DNA of 64,000 nucleotides from Deltaproteobacteria bacterium RIFCSPHIGHO2_02_FULL_40_28 (GTDB lineage: Bacteria; UBA10199; 2-12-FULL-40-28). The DNA lies in NCBI GenBank assembly GCA_001798135.1, contig MGRJ01000031.1:57589-121588 (forward strand), in the 5' to 3' direction. Positions 1 to 9,751 of the stretch are shown here, in pieces. Each line of letters starts with the position of its first letter. Positions within the stretch are counted from its first letter, which is position 1. The position numbers and the translations under genes were made by a program. Below the pieces are notes generated by a model. It made no database searches and was not told where the DNA came from. It was given only the letters and a program-made list of their open reading frames with translations.

Positions 1-62
1 AGACGGGGGGCGGGAATAACAGTTTAACACCCCCTTGGAACACACGTTTAAAAAATAAAAGA

Positions 63-341
63 TTGAAAAATTTATATGAATTTTATATAATAATTTATAT
101 GAATTCTATTATTACTACCATTACTCTGCTTCCTGTTTTGGATAAAAAAATTCGGGAGCTTGCCAAAAAAAAAGGGCAAACCAAAACTAGCCTCATTCAA
201 GAAGCCATCTCCAATTACCTAGAACGTATTGAAATTTTGGAGATTGAAAAAAAACTACAAGCCAAGGGACGCCAACTAGGGCTTACCAGTGAGGAAGATG
301 TGGTTCACATGGTAAAACAATTTCGCAAAGAACGCTGTTGA
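63..341 (+). CDS. Ribbon-helix-helix (CopG-like) antitoxin; true start probably the internal Met (MNSIITT...)
   Basis: Small ORF whose motif ITLLPVLDKKIRELAKKKGQTKTSLIQEAISNYL is typical of RHH antitoxins. It lies directly upstream of a PIN-domain ORF. Confidence 0.5.
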   Translation: MKNLYEFYIIIYMNSIITTITLLPVLDKKIRELAKKKGQTKTSLIQEAISNYLERIEILEIEKKLQAKGRQLGLTSEEDVVHMVKQFRKERC

Positions 342-365
342 AAAATGTAGTTTTCCATCAATTCT

Positions 366-505
366 GTCATTCCTGCGTCATTTGTCATCCCGGCGGAGGC
401 CGGGATCCATTTGTCTGTCATCCCTGCGCAGGCAGGGATCCATCTTTGAATTTAAGACTGGATCCCCGCCTTCGCGGGGATGACAATGGGTGCAGGGATG
501 ATAGA
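366..505. repeat. Tandem array of 3-4 REP-like palindromic units (family A: GTCATCCC-GCG-AGGC-GGGATCCATC) in alternating orientation
   Basis: Direct reading gives gtcatcccggcggaggccgggatccat, gtcatccctgcgcaggcagggatccatc and ggatccccgccttcgcggggatgac. The same unit recurs at 4384-4410, 4634-4660, 28280-28307, 28351-28379, 34888-34913, 35012-35040, 35354-35402, 36279-36306 and 51401-51428. Confidence 0.75.
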
Positions 506-533
506 GGGGAGACATTTTTCGACAGTCACTTAA

Positions 534-941
534 ATGAAAATCGTTTTTGACACAAACATTTACATCTCAGGCCTGCTTTTCAAGGGAGGTATACCTTCGA
601 GACTCCTTGAAATGGCTAGTCAAAAATTATTTGAACTCTTTTTTTCTCCTGCCATTTTGGAAGAATTGCGCCATGTGTTTCTTGATAAATTTGAACTCAC
701 ATTGAATGAAACAGAAAAATTAGTAAGTTTCATCACTAACCAAGGCACCATCATCTATCCCGAACAAAAAATAACCCTCATCAAACGATGCCCACCAGAC
801 AACCGCATTTTAGAGTGTGCCCTTGCGGCCCAAGCCTTCTACCTTGTTACGGGTGATAAAAAAGATATGCTCCCCTTAAAACATCCCTTTTCTTTTAAAA
901 TTATTTCTCCTGCTCATTTTTATCCGATTGTTTTAAAATAA
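534..941 (+). CDS. PIN-domain toxin (VapC-like) of a type II TA pair
   Basis: N-terminal MKIVFDTNIYISGLLFKGGIPSRLL matches the PIN-family toxin signature (D in strand 1, GG-P motif). It pairs with the upstream RHH ORF. Confidence 0.65.
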   Translation: MKIVFDTNIYISGLLFKGGIPSRLLEMASQKLFELFFSPAILEELRHVFLDKFELTLNETEKLVSFITNQGTIIYPEQKITLIKRCPPDNRILECALAAQAFYLVTGDKKDMLPLKHPFSFKIISPAHFYPIVLK

Positions 942-967
942 TACTACCTAAAGGTAAGCTAATACAC

Positions 968-1273
968 TTAGCGCTGGTACTTGAGAACTTCAAGAGCCTT
1001 TAAAATATGGGTCTGATCATAGAGTTTTCCCGCAGCGTAGCGAAAAAGAACGCTTGAAATCAGGGTTTGATAGGGAATACCGCTTTCTTTGGCGTCGTGA
1101 CGCAATCGATTCAGAACGCTGGCTGCCAGGCGAATGTTGATTCTTTTTTCCTTAACCTGCCGTCTAGCCATTTTGGCATAGCGCCGGGTGGTTTGCTTGC
1201 CCAGACTTTGCCATTCTCCCTTTTCAAAACTTCCTAAAATTTTTGTTTCCGATTTTGTCATTTTATCCTTCAT
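968..1273 (-). CDS. brnA: BrnA-like antitoxin (CopG/RHH type)
   Basis: C-terminal motif INIRLAASVLNRLRHDAKESGIPYQTLISSVL matches the BrnA family (IPYQTLI). It overlaps the stop of the upstream toxin ORF by 4 nt. Confidence 0.65.
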   Translation of the reverse strand: MKDKMTKSETKILGSFEKGEWQSLGKQTTRRYAKMARRQVKEKRINIRLAASVLNRLRHDAKESGIPYQTLISSVLFRYAAGKLYDQTHILKALEVLKYQR

Positions 1274-1545
1274 TGGACCTCCTTATATCTTTTGCGATAT
1301 TTGCGGCTAGGAATAATGGTTTTTAGAAAAATTTCATTCTCCGATTCCTTGAACGGTACGACGTAAATATATTCCCCGCATTCAACAACAAAAATCTTTT
1401 GACCACGGTATCGCAATTTATTGGGGTGTTCCAATGTATCCAAAAGGCCACCGCCGGCCATGGCATCGAGGATTTCTTCAAAACCAATATTTCTTGCTCG
1501 TCTGAGTTGTTCATCTTTTTTGTCACTCCAACGGATAAGCTTCAC
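1270..1545 (-). CDS. BrnT-like (DUF497) toxin
   Basis: N-terminal IRWSDKKDEQLRRARNIGFEEI resembles the BrnT W-D-x-K...N...KHG-F-EA signature. It is translationally coupled to the brnA-like gene. This copy is more divergent than the other two in the window. Confidence 0.45.
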   Translation of the reverse strand: MKLIRWSDKKDEQLRRARNIGFEEILDAMAGGGLLDTLEHPNKLRYRGQKIFVVECGEYIYVVPFKESENEIFLKTIIPSRKYRKRYKEVQ

Positions 1546-1594
1546 TTTTAAAGTTTATGCTATTAGGCACACATTGTCAATATTGTATAAGGAT

Positions 1595-2722
1595 TTAAAC
1601 CTTAAGAAAATCACAAAACTTCTGGAAAGGGATAATTCGAGTGCGGAACTTTTTGATTTCGACATCCTTGCTTCCTAAGTGGACTTGATAAAATTGAGAG
1701 ATTGGAAGACGTTCACTAAAATAAGAAATATGAGGAGAGAGAGCTTTTTCTCCTGTCTTACATTCAACGGCAAATTCAATCTTGCGATTTTTGATCACAA
1801 GAAAATCAATTTCCCTTTGATACACATCTCGAAGAAATCTGAGTTCCATTTTATCACCCTGTGTATCTTCTAAAAAATGGCAGTACTTCAAAAGCTGTGA
1901 GGCCACAAGATTTTCAAATCTTTTCCCAAAATCTTCACATTGGGACCAATCCCATAGGTAAAGTTTTTTTTCTTTTTTTGCCGTTCTTAGTCTTGCAACA
2001 CCATAAGGTTGAATCCGAAAACAAAAGTACAAGTTTTCTAAAATGCTCACCCATCTTTCTGCTGTTTCAAAAGCCACTGCTAAATCTTCTTTTAAATTAT
2101 GAATGGATAAAGGAGATCCCACACGTTCGGGAAGGGCATCCATTAAAAGCTGAATCTGACTCACCTCGCGCACCTGTTCCAAACTGATTAAATCTTCTTG
2201 GATCACGCGCGAAAGTCTTTCTTTTTGCCAGCGTTTCCAATGCCGGTGACTAGCCTTAAGGAAAGGTTCGGGAAACCCGCCATATTCAAGCAGATGTTTG
2301 AGATCTCCCTTTGATAAATTTGATTTAAGTTCAAAAAAAGAAAAGGGATGCAAACGGTAGTAATGATATCGCCCCTGAAGAGAATCCCCCCCTCGCCTAT
2401 AGTAATCAAGCCTGGCTGAACCAGTTACTAAAAATTGCCGCTCTGTCTTATGGGTATCATAGAAACCTTTAATGAGATTACGCCACCCCTTGTATTTATG
2501 AATTTCATCCAAAACAAGAAGGCCTGTGCCCGATGGAAGTTCTCCTTGAACAATTGTTTTACGCACTTTGGGATTATCCCAATTCAGATAGGAGGGATGC
2601 TTTTCATTCCCTTTTAAAAGGTGAAAAGAAAGAGAGGTCTTTCCCACTTGCCGCGGGCCACCTAAAAAGATCATTTTTTCGGAAAGATCTTCTCTGATAA
2701 AAGACTCTAAATAACGTTTCAT
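1595..2722 (-). CDS. AAA-family ATPase with C-terminal DUF4143 (COG1373-type)
   Basis: Walker A IFLGGPRQVGKTS, about 375 aa. It is a paralog (about 50-55% identity by eye) of ORF 26301-27443. Confidence 0.7.
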   Translation of the reverse strand: MKRYLESFIREDLSEKMIFLGGPRQVGKTSLSFHLLKGNEKHPSYLNWDNPKVRKTIVQGELPSGTGLLVLDEIHKYKGWRNLIKGFYDTHKTERQFLVTGSARLDYYRRGGDSLQGRYHYYRLHPFSFFELKSNLSKGDLKHLLEYGGFPEPFLKASHRHWKRWQKERLSRVIQEDLISLEQVREVSQIQLLMDALPERVGSPLSIHNLKEDLAVAFETAERWVSILENLYFCFRIQPYGVARLRTAKKEKKLYLWDWSQCEDFGKRFENLVASQLLKYCHFLEDTQGDKMELRFLRDVYQREIDFLVIKNRKIEFAVECKTGEKALSPHISYFSERLPISQFYQVHLGSKDVEIKKFRTRIIPFQKFCDFLKV

Positions 2723-2819
2723 AATCCTCTATTAAAATAGACTTAAGTCTAAAAAAGTATGTACTTTTTTAGAGTATAGTCTAAAAAAGTATAGAACTCA
2801 AGGGGGTTTTTATAATTTT

Positions 2820-3590
2820 TTATAATCCAAAAAATTGATTGGCATTTTGAGTTGTAATTTGGGCCACATTTTCAAGGGAAGTGTTCCAAATTTGTGAAAT
2901 ACACCTCGCTACTTCTACCACAAAGGCGGGTTGATTTTTTTTGCCACGATAAGGAACAGGAGCTAAAAAAGGAGAGTCAGTTTCAATCAAGATGCGATCT
3001 TTGGGAACCCAAGTTAAAATATCTCGAAGATCTTGTGCATTTTTAAAAGTAATAATTCCACTAAACGAAATAAAACATCCTAAATCGAGATATTTTTTGG
3101 CCAACTCTTTTGTTCCTGTAAAACAATGAATCAATACGGGCACAGCGCGCTGTGCCCCTACTTTTAAATGATTGTAGGTTACCAAATCTGCATCGCGATC
3201 GTGAATAACCAAGGGTTTTTTAACTTCAAGCGCTAAATCAATAAAATCATCAAAAACTTTTTCTTGAATTTCACGAGGAGAATGAAGGTAATGAAAATCT
3301 AAACCCACCTCTCCCACAGCCACAACCTTGGGATGAAGAAACCATTTACGCATTTGCTCTAAAACTTCTGGAGTTACTAATTTTGCATCATGAGGATGAA
3401 TACCCACAGCAGCCCATACATGCGAAAATTTTTCAGCAATTTTTAAGGCTTCACTGTTACCTTCAACACCCTCCCCCGCACCAATAGTTACCATGCGGGT
3501 TACAGCTGCCTTTTGGGCAGACAAAATCATTTCGTCCAGGGTGTAATCCTGGCCAGAAAAACTTAAGTGGCAGTGACTGTCGAAAAACAT
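2820..3590 (-). CDS. tatD: TatD-family metal-dependent hydrolase/DNase
   Basis: MFFDSHCHLSF N-terminus and an HxH...E...H...D pattern, 256 aa. Confidence 0.8.
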   Translation of the reverse strand: MFFDSHCHLSFSGQDYTLDEMILSAQKAAVTRMVTIGAGEGVEGNSEALKIAEKFSHVWAAVGIHPHDAKLVTPEVLEQMRKWFLHPKVVAVGEVGLDFHYLHSPREIQEKVFDDFIDLALEVKKPLVIHDRDADLVTYNHLKVGAQRAVPVLIHCFTGTKELAKKYLDLGCFISFSGIITFKNAQDLRDILTWVPKDRILIETDSPFLAPVPYRGKKNQPAFVVEVARCISQIWNTSLENVAQITTQNANQFFGL

Positions 3591-3629
3591 AATTTTATAT
3601 TGCGTAGGGGCTTACTTCTAAACCTGCCC

Positions 3630-4625
3630 CTACATTTCCCCTTCATTAAACAATTCATCTACAAATCTCTCTGCATTAAAAGGAATTAAATCTTCCGTCT
3701 TCTCCCCTACTCCCATATATAAAAGCGGTAATTTGGTCTTGGCAACAAGGGATAAAATAATTCCACCTTTGGCGGTGCTATCATATTTTGTCAAAACCAA
3801 ACCCGAAATGGGGGCTGCTTGTGAAAAAAGTTCCACCTGTGAGAGCGCATTTTGGCCCGTGGTGGCATCTAAAACAAGAAAAATTCCATCGGCATTTCTT
3901 CCTAAAACCTTGGCAGCTATGCGCGTCATTTTTGAGAGTTCTTGCATCAAATTTGTTTTGGTTTGAAGCCTGCCAGCTGTATCAATTAACACAACATCAA
4001 CTTGGCTAGTAAGAGCTTGTGTTATTCCCTCGTATACCACACTCGCAGGATCGGCCCCCATTTTTGAAGAAACCAATTCTGCCCCAATGCGTTTGGCCCA
4101 AATTTCTAATTGCTCACCACTGGCAGCCCTAAAAGTATCCGCAGCAATACAACATACTTTCTTTCCTTTTTGAACGAACTGCGCCCCCAGCTTACCAATG
4201 GTGGTGGTTTTGCCAACGCCGTTCACACCAATAAAAAAATAAACGAGGGGAGATCCTTGAATATTCCCCTCTCCCCTTGGGGGAGAGGGTGCAGGGTGAG
4301 GGGTGTTTAAATTTTCACCCTCCCCCTTCACCCCCTCCCCTCCAGGGAGGGGGGATTTTATTTTTGTCATTCCCCCGTCATTGTCATCCCCGCGTAGGCG
4401 GGGATCCATCTTAACAATCTTCAAACAAGCCTTCTTTAACGCAGCATACGCACTTTCGGCATCCACAACATTTTTATCATGCGTTAATTCATTCAAAAGT
4501 TTCTTCGTCGCATCAACTCCAACATCTGCAACTAACAAAAGTTCTTCTAACTCGTCTTTGATTTCAGAAAATGTTTTTTTGGATCTAAAAAGAAAACTTT
4601 TGATGGGGGTGAGAAAATTGTTCAC
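3630..4625 (-). CDS. ftsY: Signal recognition particle receptor FtsY (NG domains), carrying an in-frame insertion of about 50 aa derived from repeats
   Basis: G-domain motifs FFIGVNGVGKTTTIGKLG, DTAGR and TKYD. An N-domain helical bundle sits at the N-terminus. The segment MDPRLRGDDNDGG...LPGGEGVKGEGENLNTPHPAPSPPRGEGN is encoded by repeat families A and B at 4266-4410. Confidence 0.85.
   Translation of the reverse strand: MNNFLTPIKSFLFRSKKTFSEIKDELEELLLVADVGVDATKKLLNELTHDKNVVDAESAYAALKKACLKIVKMDPRLRGDDNDGGMTKIKSPLPGGEGVKGEGENLNTPHPAPSPPRGEGNIQGSPLVYFFIGVNGVGKTTTIGKLGAQFVQKGKKVCCIAADTFRAASGEQLEIWAKRIGAELVSSKMGADPASVVYEGITQALTSQVDVVLIDTAGRLQTKTNLMQELSKMTRIAAKVLGRNADGIFLVLDATTGQNALSQVELFSQAAPISGLVLTKYDSTAKGGIILSLVAKTKLPLLYMGVGEKTEDLIPFNAERFVDELFNEGEM
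4266..4356. repeat. Family B composite GC-rich palindrome (ccctctccccttgggggagagggtg[c]agggtgaggggtg...ttttcaccctc...cccctcccctc[a]agggagggg)
   Basis: Near-identical copies lie at 5611-5732, 12561-12645 and 60610-60765. Shorter cores occur at 28300-28350 and three times inside the megasynthase (44723-44760, 44947-44985, 45331-45370). Confidence 0.8.
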
Positions 4626-4668
4626 TTATAAAGATGGATCCCCGCCTTCGCGGGGATGACATTTATGT

Positions 4669-5547
4669 TTAATAAATTACCTTGTTAAGCGGATACTCTA
4701 CAATACCCGAAGCACCCGCCTCTTTTAATTGCGGTACAATATCGCGAACAATTTTTTCATCTACAATTACTTCAACACTTTGCCAACCCGCATCACTTAA
4801 AGAACCAAGGGTTGGAGTTTGAAGAGCGGGCAAAACATTTAAAAGCTTTTTCAAATTTTTACTTTCTACATTCATTTTCAATCCCACTTTTTCTTCGGCA
4901 GTAATGGCTCCTTGCAAAAGCATCACAATGTTTTCAATTTTTTTACGTTTAAAAGAATCTTCCCACGATTGTTTATTGGCAATAAATAAAGTGTTGGATT
5001 CAAGCAAAGTATCAACCACGCGTAAATTATTGGCATGGAGAGAAGAACCTGTTTCGGTAAGTTCCACAATGGCATCTGCTAAAAGAGGTGGTTTTACTTC
5101 TGTGGCACCCCAAGAAAATTCCACCGTGGCGTTTACCCCATTTTGTTTTAAATATTTTTTGGTATACCCCACCAGCTCGGTTGCAATGCGTTTTCCTTCT
5201 AAATCTTTTACCTTTTGAATTTTCGAATCATTGGGTACAGCTAAAACCCAACGCACAGGCTTTAGGCCCGCCTTGGCATAACGAAGTTCTGCAACTTCTA
5301 CAACCTTGGCTCCCTGCTCTAAAACCCAATCGCGTCCCGTTAAACCAGCATCAAGCACACCATCTTCCACATAACGCGCCATTTCTTGCGCCCGAATGAG
5401 CATGGGTGAAATTTGGGGATCATCCACCATTGGAAAATAAGAACGTGATGATGCAGTAATTTGAAAACCCGCCTTTTTAAACATGCGATAGGTGGATTCT
5501 TCCAAACTTCCTTTAGGTAAACCTAATTTGAGAATGTCTTTGCTCAT
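4669..5547 (-). CDS. hisG: ATP phosphoribosyltransferase, long form (the ORF extends to 5604; the likely start is the Met at 5547, [14 protein letters not shown])
   Basis: [10 protein letters not shown]...[12 protein letters not shown] and a C-terminal regulatory domain, about 293 aa. Confidence 0.8.
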   Translation of the reverse strand: MSKDILKLGLPKGSLEESTYRMFKKAGFQITASSRSYFPMVDDPQISPMLIRAQEMARYVEDGVLDAGLTGRDWVLEQGAKVVEVAELRYAKAGLKPVRWVLAVPNDSKIQKVKDLEGKRIATELVGYTKKYLKQNGVNATVEFSWGATEVKPPLLADAIVELTETGSSLHANNLRVVDTLLESNTLFIANKQSWEDSFKRKKIENIVMLLQGAITAEEKVGLKMNVESKNLKKLLNVLPALQTPTLGSLSDAGWQSVEVIVDEKIVRDIVPQLKEAGASGIVEYPLNKVIY

Positions 5548-5610
5548 GGGCCAAGGTATGTAGCATCTGTGGGCGCTTGAATCAATGATTTTCAAAGGTA
5601 TCACTATTAT

Positions 5611-5732
5611 CCCCTCCCCCTTGAGGGGGGAGGGTTAGGGAGAGGGTGTATCCCCGCAGGTATTGAAGGATAATTCAAAATTTTCACCCTCCCCCTCTAT
5701 CCCCCTCCCCTCAAGGGAGGGGGGAATAAAAA
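5611..5732. repeat. Family B palindromic element, intergenic copy
   Basis: cccctcccccttgaggggggagggttagggagagggtg...ttttcaccctccccctctatccccctcccctcaagggaggggg. It is followed by a family C element at 5829-5854 (gggcaggtttagaacctgcccctac). Confidence 0.8.
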
Positions 5733-5868
5733 TTATCCTCACCCACTGTAACTGTAATAAAATTAAATTCATTTGCATTCTTTGTCTAGATCGCTAAAAT
5801 TGATCGCTCTGATAATTGTATAAACACAGGGCAGGTTTAGAACCTGCCCCTACGGATGGGGGTTTTTA

Positions 5869-6936
5869 ATGAAAAAATATTTGTTGGGCTTTATTTTACT
5901 TTCTACCATTGTTGCCTGTGCACCTTCCGGCAAACTCAATATGAGTGGTGGTAAAGAAATTGCTAGAGTTAATGATACTGTGCTTGGTCAAAGTTACTTG
6001 GATACCTTGGTTAGACTTAATCCCAAGGTTGAAGTTCAACTTAAAAATCCTGCTACAAAAAATAAAATTGTCGAAAATTTAATAGAACAAGAACTACTTT
6101 ATCAAGAAAGTGTAAAACGTGGCATTAATAAAGATCCACAGGTGCTTGAAAAATCGGCCCTCTATCGTCGCGTGATTATTGCCCAAGCCCTTTTAGAAAA
6201 CGAACTCGAAAAAAGAATTAAAGACGAATACGAAAAGAAAAAAGATACCGACTACATGAAAGTGGCCGTTTCACAAATTCAATTTGATTTTCAACCCGAA
6301 GCAATCATGCCAAAAAAACATCCTCAAGTACCTGCAAAAACAGAAGAAAAACCTGTGACAGAACAACAAAAACAAGCAGCTTTGGCAAAAGCCAATCTTG
6401 TTCTTGCCAAACTAAAAGCAGGCGAAGATTTTGTTAAATTAGCCACTGAAATATCAGACGATAAAATGTCTAAACGCAAAGGCGGAGATATCGGAAAAAT
6501 TAGCCGTGGAGATAAGCGCTTAGAAAGAATGGGTTTAGAATCACTTGCTGAAAAAGCCTTTGCTTTGAAAAAAGACGAAATTTCCGAACCCATCGAAAGT
6601 AAAAAAGGATATCACATCATTAAAGTAACCTCAGAAGCTGCACCCATTCCTTATGAGGAAGCCGAAAAATTACTTCGCTTTGAACTCCAAAAAATAGTGA
6701 AAGACGATTTAATAGCCAAACTAAAAGGCACTGCAGAAATTAAGTTTGCTGAAAAACCAAAAGAAGCACCTGTGAACATGCAAACACCACAAGATGTCCA
6801 TGTTCCCCCTCCTCATGGAGCTGTGCATGCTGGCCAGCCACCAGCCCCAACAGCGGCAGCGCCGGTACCAGCTCCTACCCCAACCGAAACTCCTGCATAC
6901 AAGGGAAATTACAATAAACTTGAGGATAAAAAATAA
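5869..6936 (+). CDS. Parvulin (PpiC)-type peptidyl-prolyl cis-trans isomerase lipoprotein, SurA/PrsA-like
   Basis: Signal peptide plus lipobox (LSTIVAC). PpiC domain KRKGGDIGKISRGD...GYHIIKV. C-terminal Pro/Ala-rich tail. Confidence 0.6.
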   Translation: MKKYLLGFILLSTIVACAPSGKLNMSGGKEIARVNDTVLGQSYLDTLVRLNPKVEVQLKNPATKNKIVENLIEQELLYQESVKRGINKDPQVLEKSALYRRVIIAQALLENELEKRIKDEYEKKKDTDYMKVAVSQIQFDFQPEAIMPKKHPQVPAKTEEKPVTEQQKQAALAKANLVLAKLKAGEDFVKLATEISDDKMSKRKGGDIGKISRGDKRLERMGLESLAEKAFALKKDEISEPIESKKGYHIIKVTSEAAPIPYEEAEKLLRFELQKIVKDDLIAKLKGTAEIKFAEKPKEAPVNMQTPQDVHVPPPHGAVHAGQPPAPTAAAPVPAPTPTETPAYKGNYNKLEDKK

Positions 6937-6951
6937 ACAACAAGGCTTTCT

Positions 6952-7248
6952 CTAAACCTCAATTAAAATCTCACCTTTTTCCTCCTTGATTTGATAAACT
7001 TTTATTTTTTCATCTCCCTCACTTCCCATACCTGTATGAAGATTAAATTTATGAGCATGGTAGGGACAGATAACAATATTCTGGTCACAAACCCCTTCAG
7101 CAAGGGAGCCTTGGCGATGAGGGCACTTATTTTGAACGGCAAAAAGACCGCCGTCTCGTGGCCGAAAAATGGCGATTTCTTTTCCTTCAACAATAAAGCA
7201 GATCCCTTGACCAAGGGGAATTTTATCAATTGAACCTAGATTAACCAT
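6952..7248 (-). CDS. nirD: Nitrite reductase small subunit NirD (Rieske-type)
   Basis: CPHRQGSLAEG...CPYHAHKF Rieske-like motif, 98 aa, immediately downstream of nirB. Confidence 0.75.
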   Translation of the reverse strand: MVNLGSIDKIPLGQGICFIVEGKEIAIFRPRDGGLFAVQNKCPHRQGSLAEGVCDQNIVICPYHAHKFNLHTGMGSEGDEKIKVYQIKEEKGEILIEV

Positions 7249-9751
7249 TATTTACCACCTCCTTTAAAACTTTCACTAACTCAGATCCTTTGAATTGTTG
7301 TGGATACACTGGCAACTCTGCTTCCTGTTTCCAGGGATCTCTATAGACATCAGAAGCCTTTTGAATGTCAGCATCCAACCTGTTACAAATACCAAGTTCA
7401 TCTTGAACAAGAATTGATTGAAGTCGATTGATACCAATTCGTTCCACAAATCCATAAGTACGCTCCATATATTTGGCATGTTCTCTATAGTACTGGATAA
7501 ACCGCCCCACATACTTTAAAACTTCCTCGTGAGTATCAACAATAACAAGTAAATCTCCTTTACGTACGCATCCTCCTGCAGCTCCTCCAATATAAATTTC
7601 CCATTTTCCTCCTTCAACCGTAACAATTCCTACATCTTTCACATAAGCTTCAGAACAATTACGAGGGCAACCCGCTACAGCCATTTTGATTTTGTGGGGA
7701 GACTCTATCCCCTGAAACCTTCTTTCAATTTCTTGGGCCAACCGAATAGAATCTCCTAATCCATAACGACAAAAATCAGTCCCAACACAACTTTTTACTG
7801 TACGAACTGCTTTAGTGTAGGCATGGCCACTAGGGATGCCTAGATCTTTCCAGATGTGGGGAAGGTTTTCTTTCTTAACTCCCAAAAGATCAATTCGTTG
7901 CCCCCCTGTAATTTTTACCATTGGTACATTGTATTTTTGAGCCACTGTTCCAATACGAATCAGTTCATCTGCTGTTGTTACTCCACCATAAATGCGAGGA
8001 ACTACTGAAAAAGTACCATCTCTTTGAATATTGGCATGAACACGATCGTTAATAAAACGGGCATCCCGTTCATCCTCATATTCTTGGTTCCAAATAGAAT
8101 GAAGAAGAGAAGCCAAACCAACTTTGCTGGGAGCATGTTCTGGACCATCACCCAATATTTTAAAAGTATCACTTACTGACTTAATCTTTTTTTCTTTAAT
8201 CACCGCAATCAGCTGAGATTTTTCTAAAGGAATATCCGGCACATAGTAGTGTTCACTTGGATCATAACCAACTTCACCCGCATAACCTTCAATCAGTTGA
8301 GCAATCAGCCCCTTACAGGATCCACATCCCAAACCTGCTTTATTACAAGCCCCCACCTTGGACACACTGCTACATCCCTGATTTAAAATAGCATCGTGAA
8401 TTTGCCCCTTAGAAACCCCATTGCAGTTACAAATTTGGGCACTATCGGGCATGTCCATCACATTGCTGAGTGAAGAAACATCTTTAGAACCAAATAAAAG
8501 TTCGGTTCTCTTAACCGGCAGGAAACCACCTTCTTTAAACAGACGCATCAGATAATCCCCCGCCTCAACAGCACCTAAAAGAATAGCCCCAACAAGTTGA
8601 TCATCACGAATAATTAATTTTTGGTAAATACCTCTTTTGGGTTCCCGGTAAACAATAACTTCATCTCTCTCATCTCGAGGATTTTTTTCTCCCAAACTTA
8701 CCAACTCAACCCCCATCACCTTCAGTTTTGTTCCTAGTTTGGAACCAGTATAGGTTGCCCGAGGATTGGTTTTTGTAATGACATCAGCTAAAACGCCAGC
8801 TTGTTCCCAAATAGGAGCAACCAAACCATAGAGTTGACCCCTATGTTCCACACATTCCCCTACGGCAAAAATGTTTGAGTCATTGGTCTGCATTTGATCA
8901 TTACAAAGAATACCTCGTTTTATATCTAAGCCAGAGTTTTCGGCAATATCGGTAAGAGGCCTAATACCAGCACTTACCACCACCATATCGGTTTCTAATG
9001 TTGACCCATCTTTAAAAACAAGGTTTGTAATTTTTCCTTCAGTAGTTTTAATTTCTTCTGTTACCATGCTACACAACACTTTAATTCCCATCGCCTCGAT
9101 AGTTGACTTTAAAAGTCTCCCACTTTCTTCATCCAACTGCGCCCCCATCAGCTGGGATGCTGCCTCAATTACTGTAACCTGGACATCGTGTGTCATCAGG
9201 CCCCTGGCCGCCTCCAAACCCAACAATCCACCACCAATCACAACTGCTTTATGGCAACTTTTGGCATAGGCTTCAATATGGGCACATTCATCCAGGGTAC
9301 GAAAAGCAAAAGTACCTGGCACTCCATAATTAGCAATCAGGGGAATAAAAGGGGCAGAACCTGTGGCAATAATGATTTTATCATACGGAACAGAAACAAG
9401 ATTTTCATCAGGAAGTCCTGTTGCCGCTCTGTCATAGGGAACTCTCCCTTTTTTTACAGGCATACCAAGCACCATCTTTTTTTGACGATCTATCTTAATT
9501 GCTTTCAATCCAGTATGAAGAGTAATGGCATTTTCTTGATACCACACAAGGGGATTCATGATGGTGTCCACGGCCTTTTGAGTACCATTAAGAACGTTGG
9601 ATAAAAAAATCCGGTTATAGTTGCCATAAGGCTCTGCCCCAAATAAAGTAATAGAAAAAAAATCTCGGTTTCTTTTAAGAATTTCTTCTATCACCCTGGC
9701 CCCTGCCATACCGTTACCAATAACAACTAATTTTTGTTTTTGATGAGTCAT
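7241..9751 (-). CDS. nirB: NAD(P)H-dependent nitrite reductase large subunit NirB
   Basis: 836 aa. N-terminal FAD/NAD Rossmann VVIGNGMAG. Central BFD-like 2Fe-2S Cys cluster (CNCNGVSKG...CGSCKG). C-terminal sirohaem/4Fe-4S domain (CVGTDFCRYG...AGCPRNC). Confidence 0.85.
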   Translation of the reverse strand: MTHQKQKLVVIGNGMAGARVIEEILKRNRDFFSITLFGAEPYGNYNRIFLSNVLNGTQKAVDTIMNPLVWYQENAITLHTGLKAIKIDRQKKMVLGMPVKKGRVPYDRAATGLPDENLVSVPYDKIIIATGSAPFIPLIANYGVPGTFAFRTLDECAHIEAYAKSCHKAVVIGGGLLGLEAARGLMTHDVQVTVIEAASQLMGAQLDEESGRLLKSTIEAMGIKVLCSMVTEEIKTTEGKITNLVFKDGSTLETDMVVVSAGIRPLTDIAENSGLDIKRGILCNDQMQTNDSNIFAVGECVEHRGQLYGLVAPIWEQAGVLADVITKTNPRATYTGSKLGTKLKVMGVELVSLGEKNPRDERDEVIVYREPKRGIYQKLIIRDDQLVGAILLGAVEAGDYLMRLFKEGGFLPVKRTELLFGSKDVSSLSNVMDMPDSAQICNCNGVSKGQIHDAILNQGCSSVSKVGACNKAGLGCGSCKGLIAQLIEGYAGEVGYDPSEHYYVPDIPLEKSQLIAVIKEKKIKSVSDTFKILGDGPEHAPSKVGLASLLHSIWNQEYEDERDARFINDRVHANIQRDGTFSVVPRIYGGVTTADELIRIGTVAQKYNVPMVKITGGQRIDLLGVKKENLPHIWKDLGIPSGHAYTKAVRTVKSCVGTDFCRYGLGDSIRLAQEIERRFQGIESPHKIKMAVAGCPRNCSEAYVKDVGIVTVEGGKWEIYIGGAAGGCVRKGDLLVIVDTHEEVLKYVGRFIQYYREHAKYMERTYGFVERIGINRLQSILVQDELGICNRLDADIQKASDVYRDPWKQEAELPVYPQQFKGSELVKVLKEVVNNG

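Noticed and set aside
366-505. CRISPR array (short direct and inverted repeats closely spaced)
   Set aside because: Units alternate orientation. Spacers are only 6-20 nt with irregular lengths. No cas genes are nearby. The same unit is dispersed singly throughout the window, so this is a REP-type element, not CRISPR.
338-550. 70-aa ORF (MKNVVFHQFCHSCVICHPGGGRDPFVCHPCAGRDP...)
   Set aside because: It is encoded entirely by a tandem array of REP-A palindromes between two TA genes. It is a translation artefact of the repeats.
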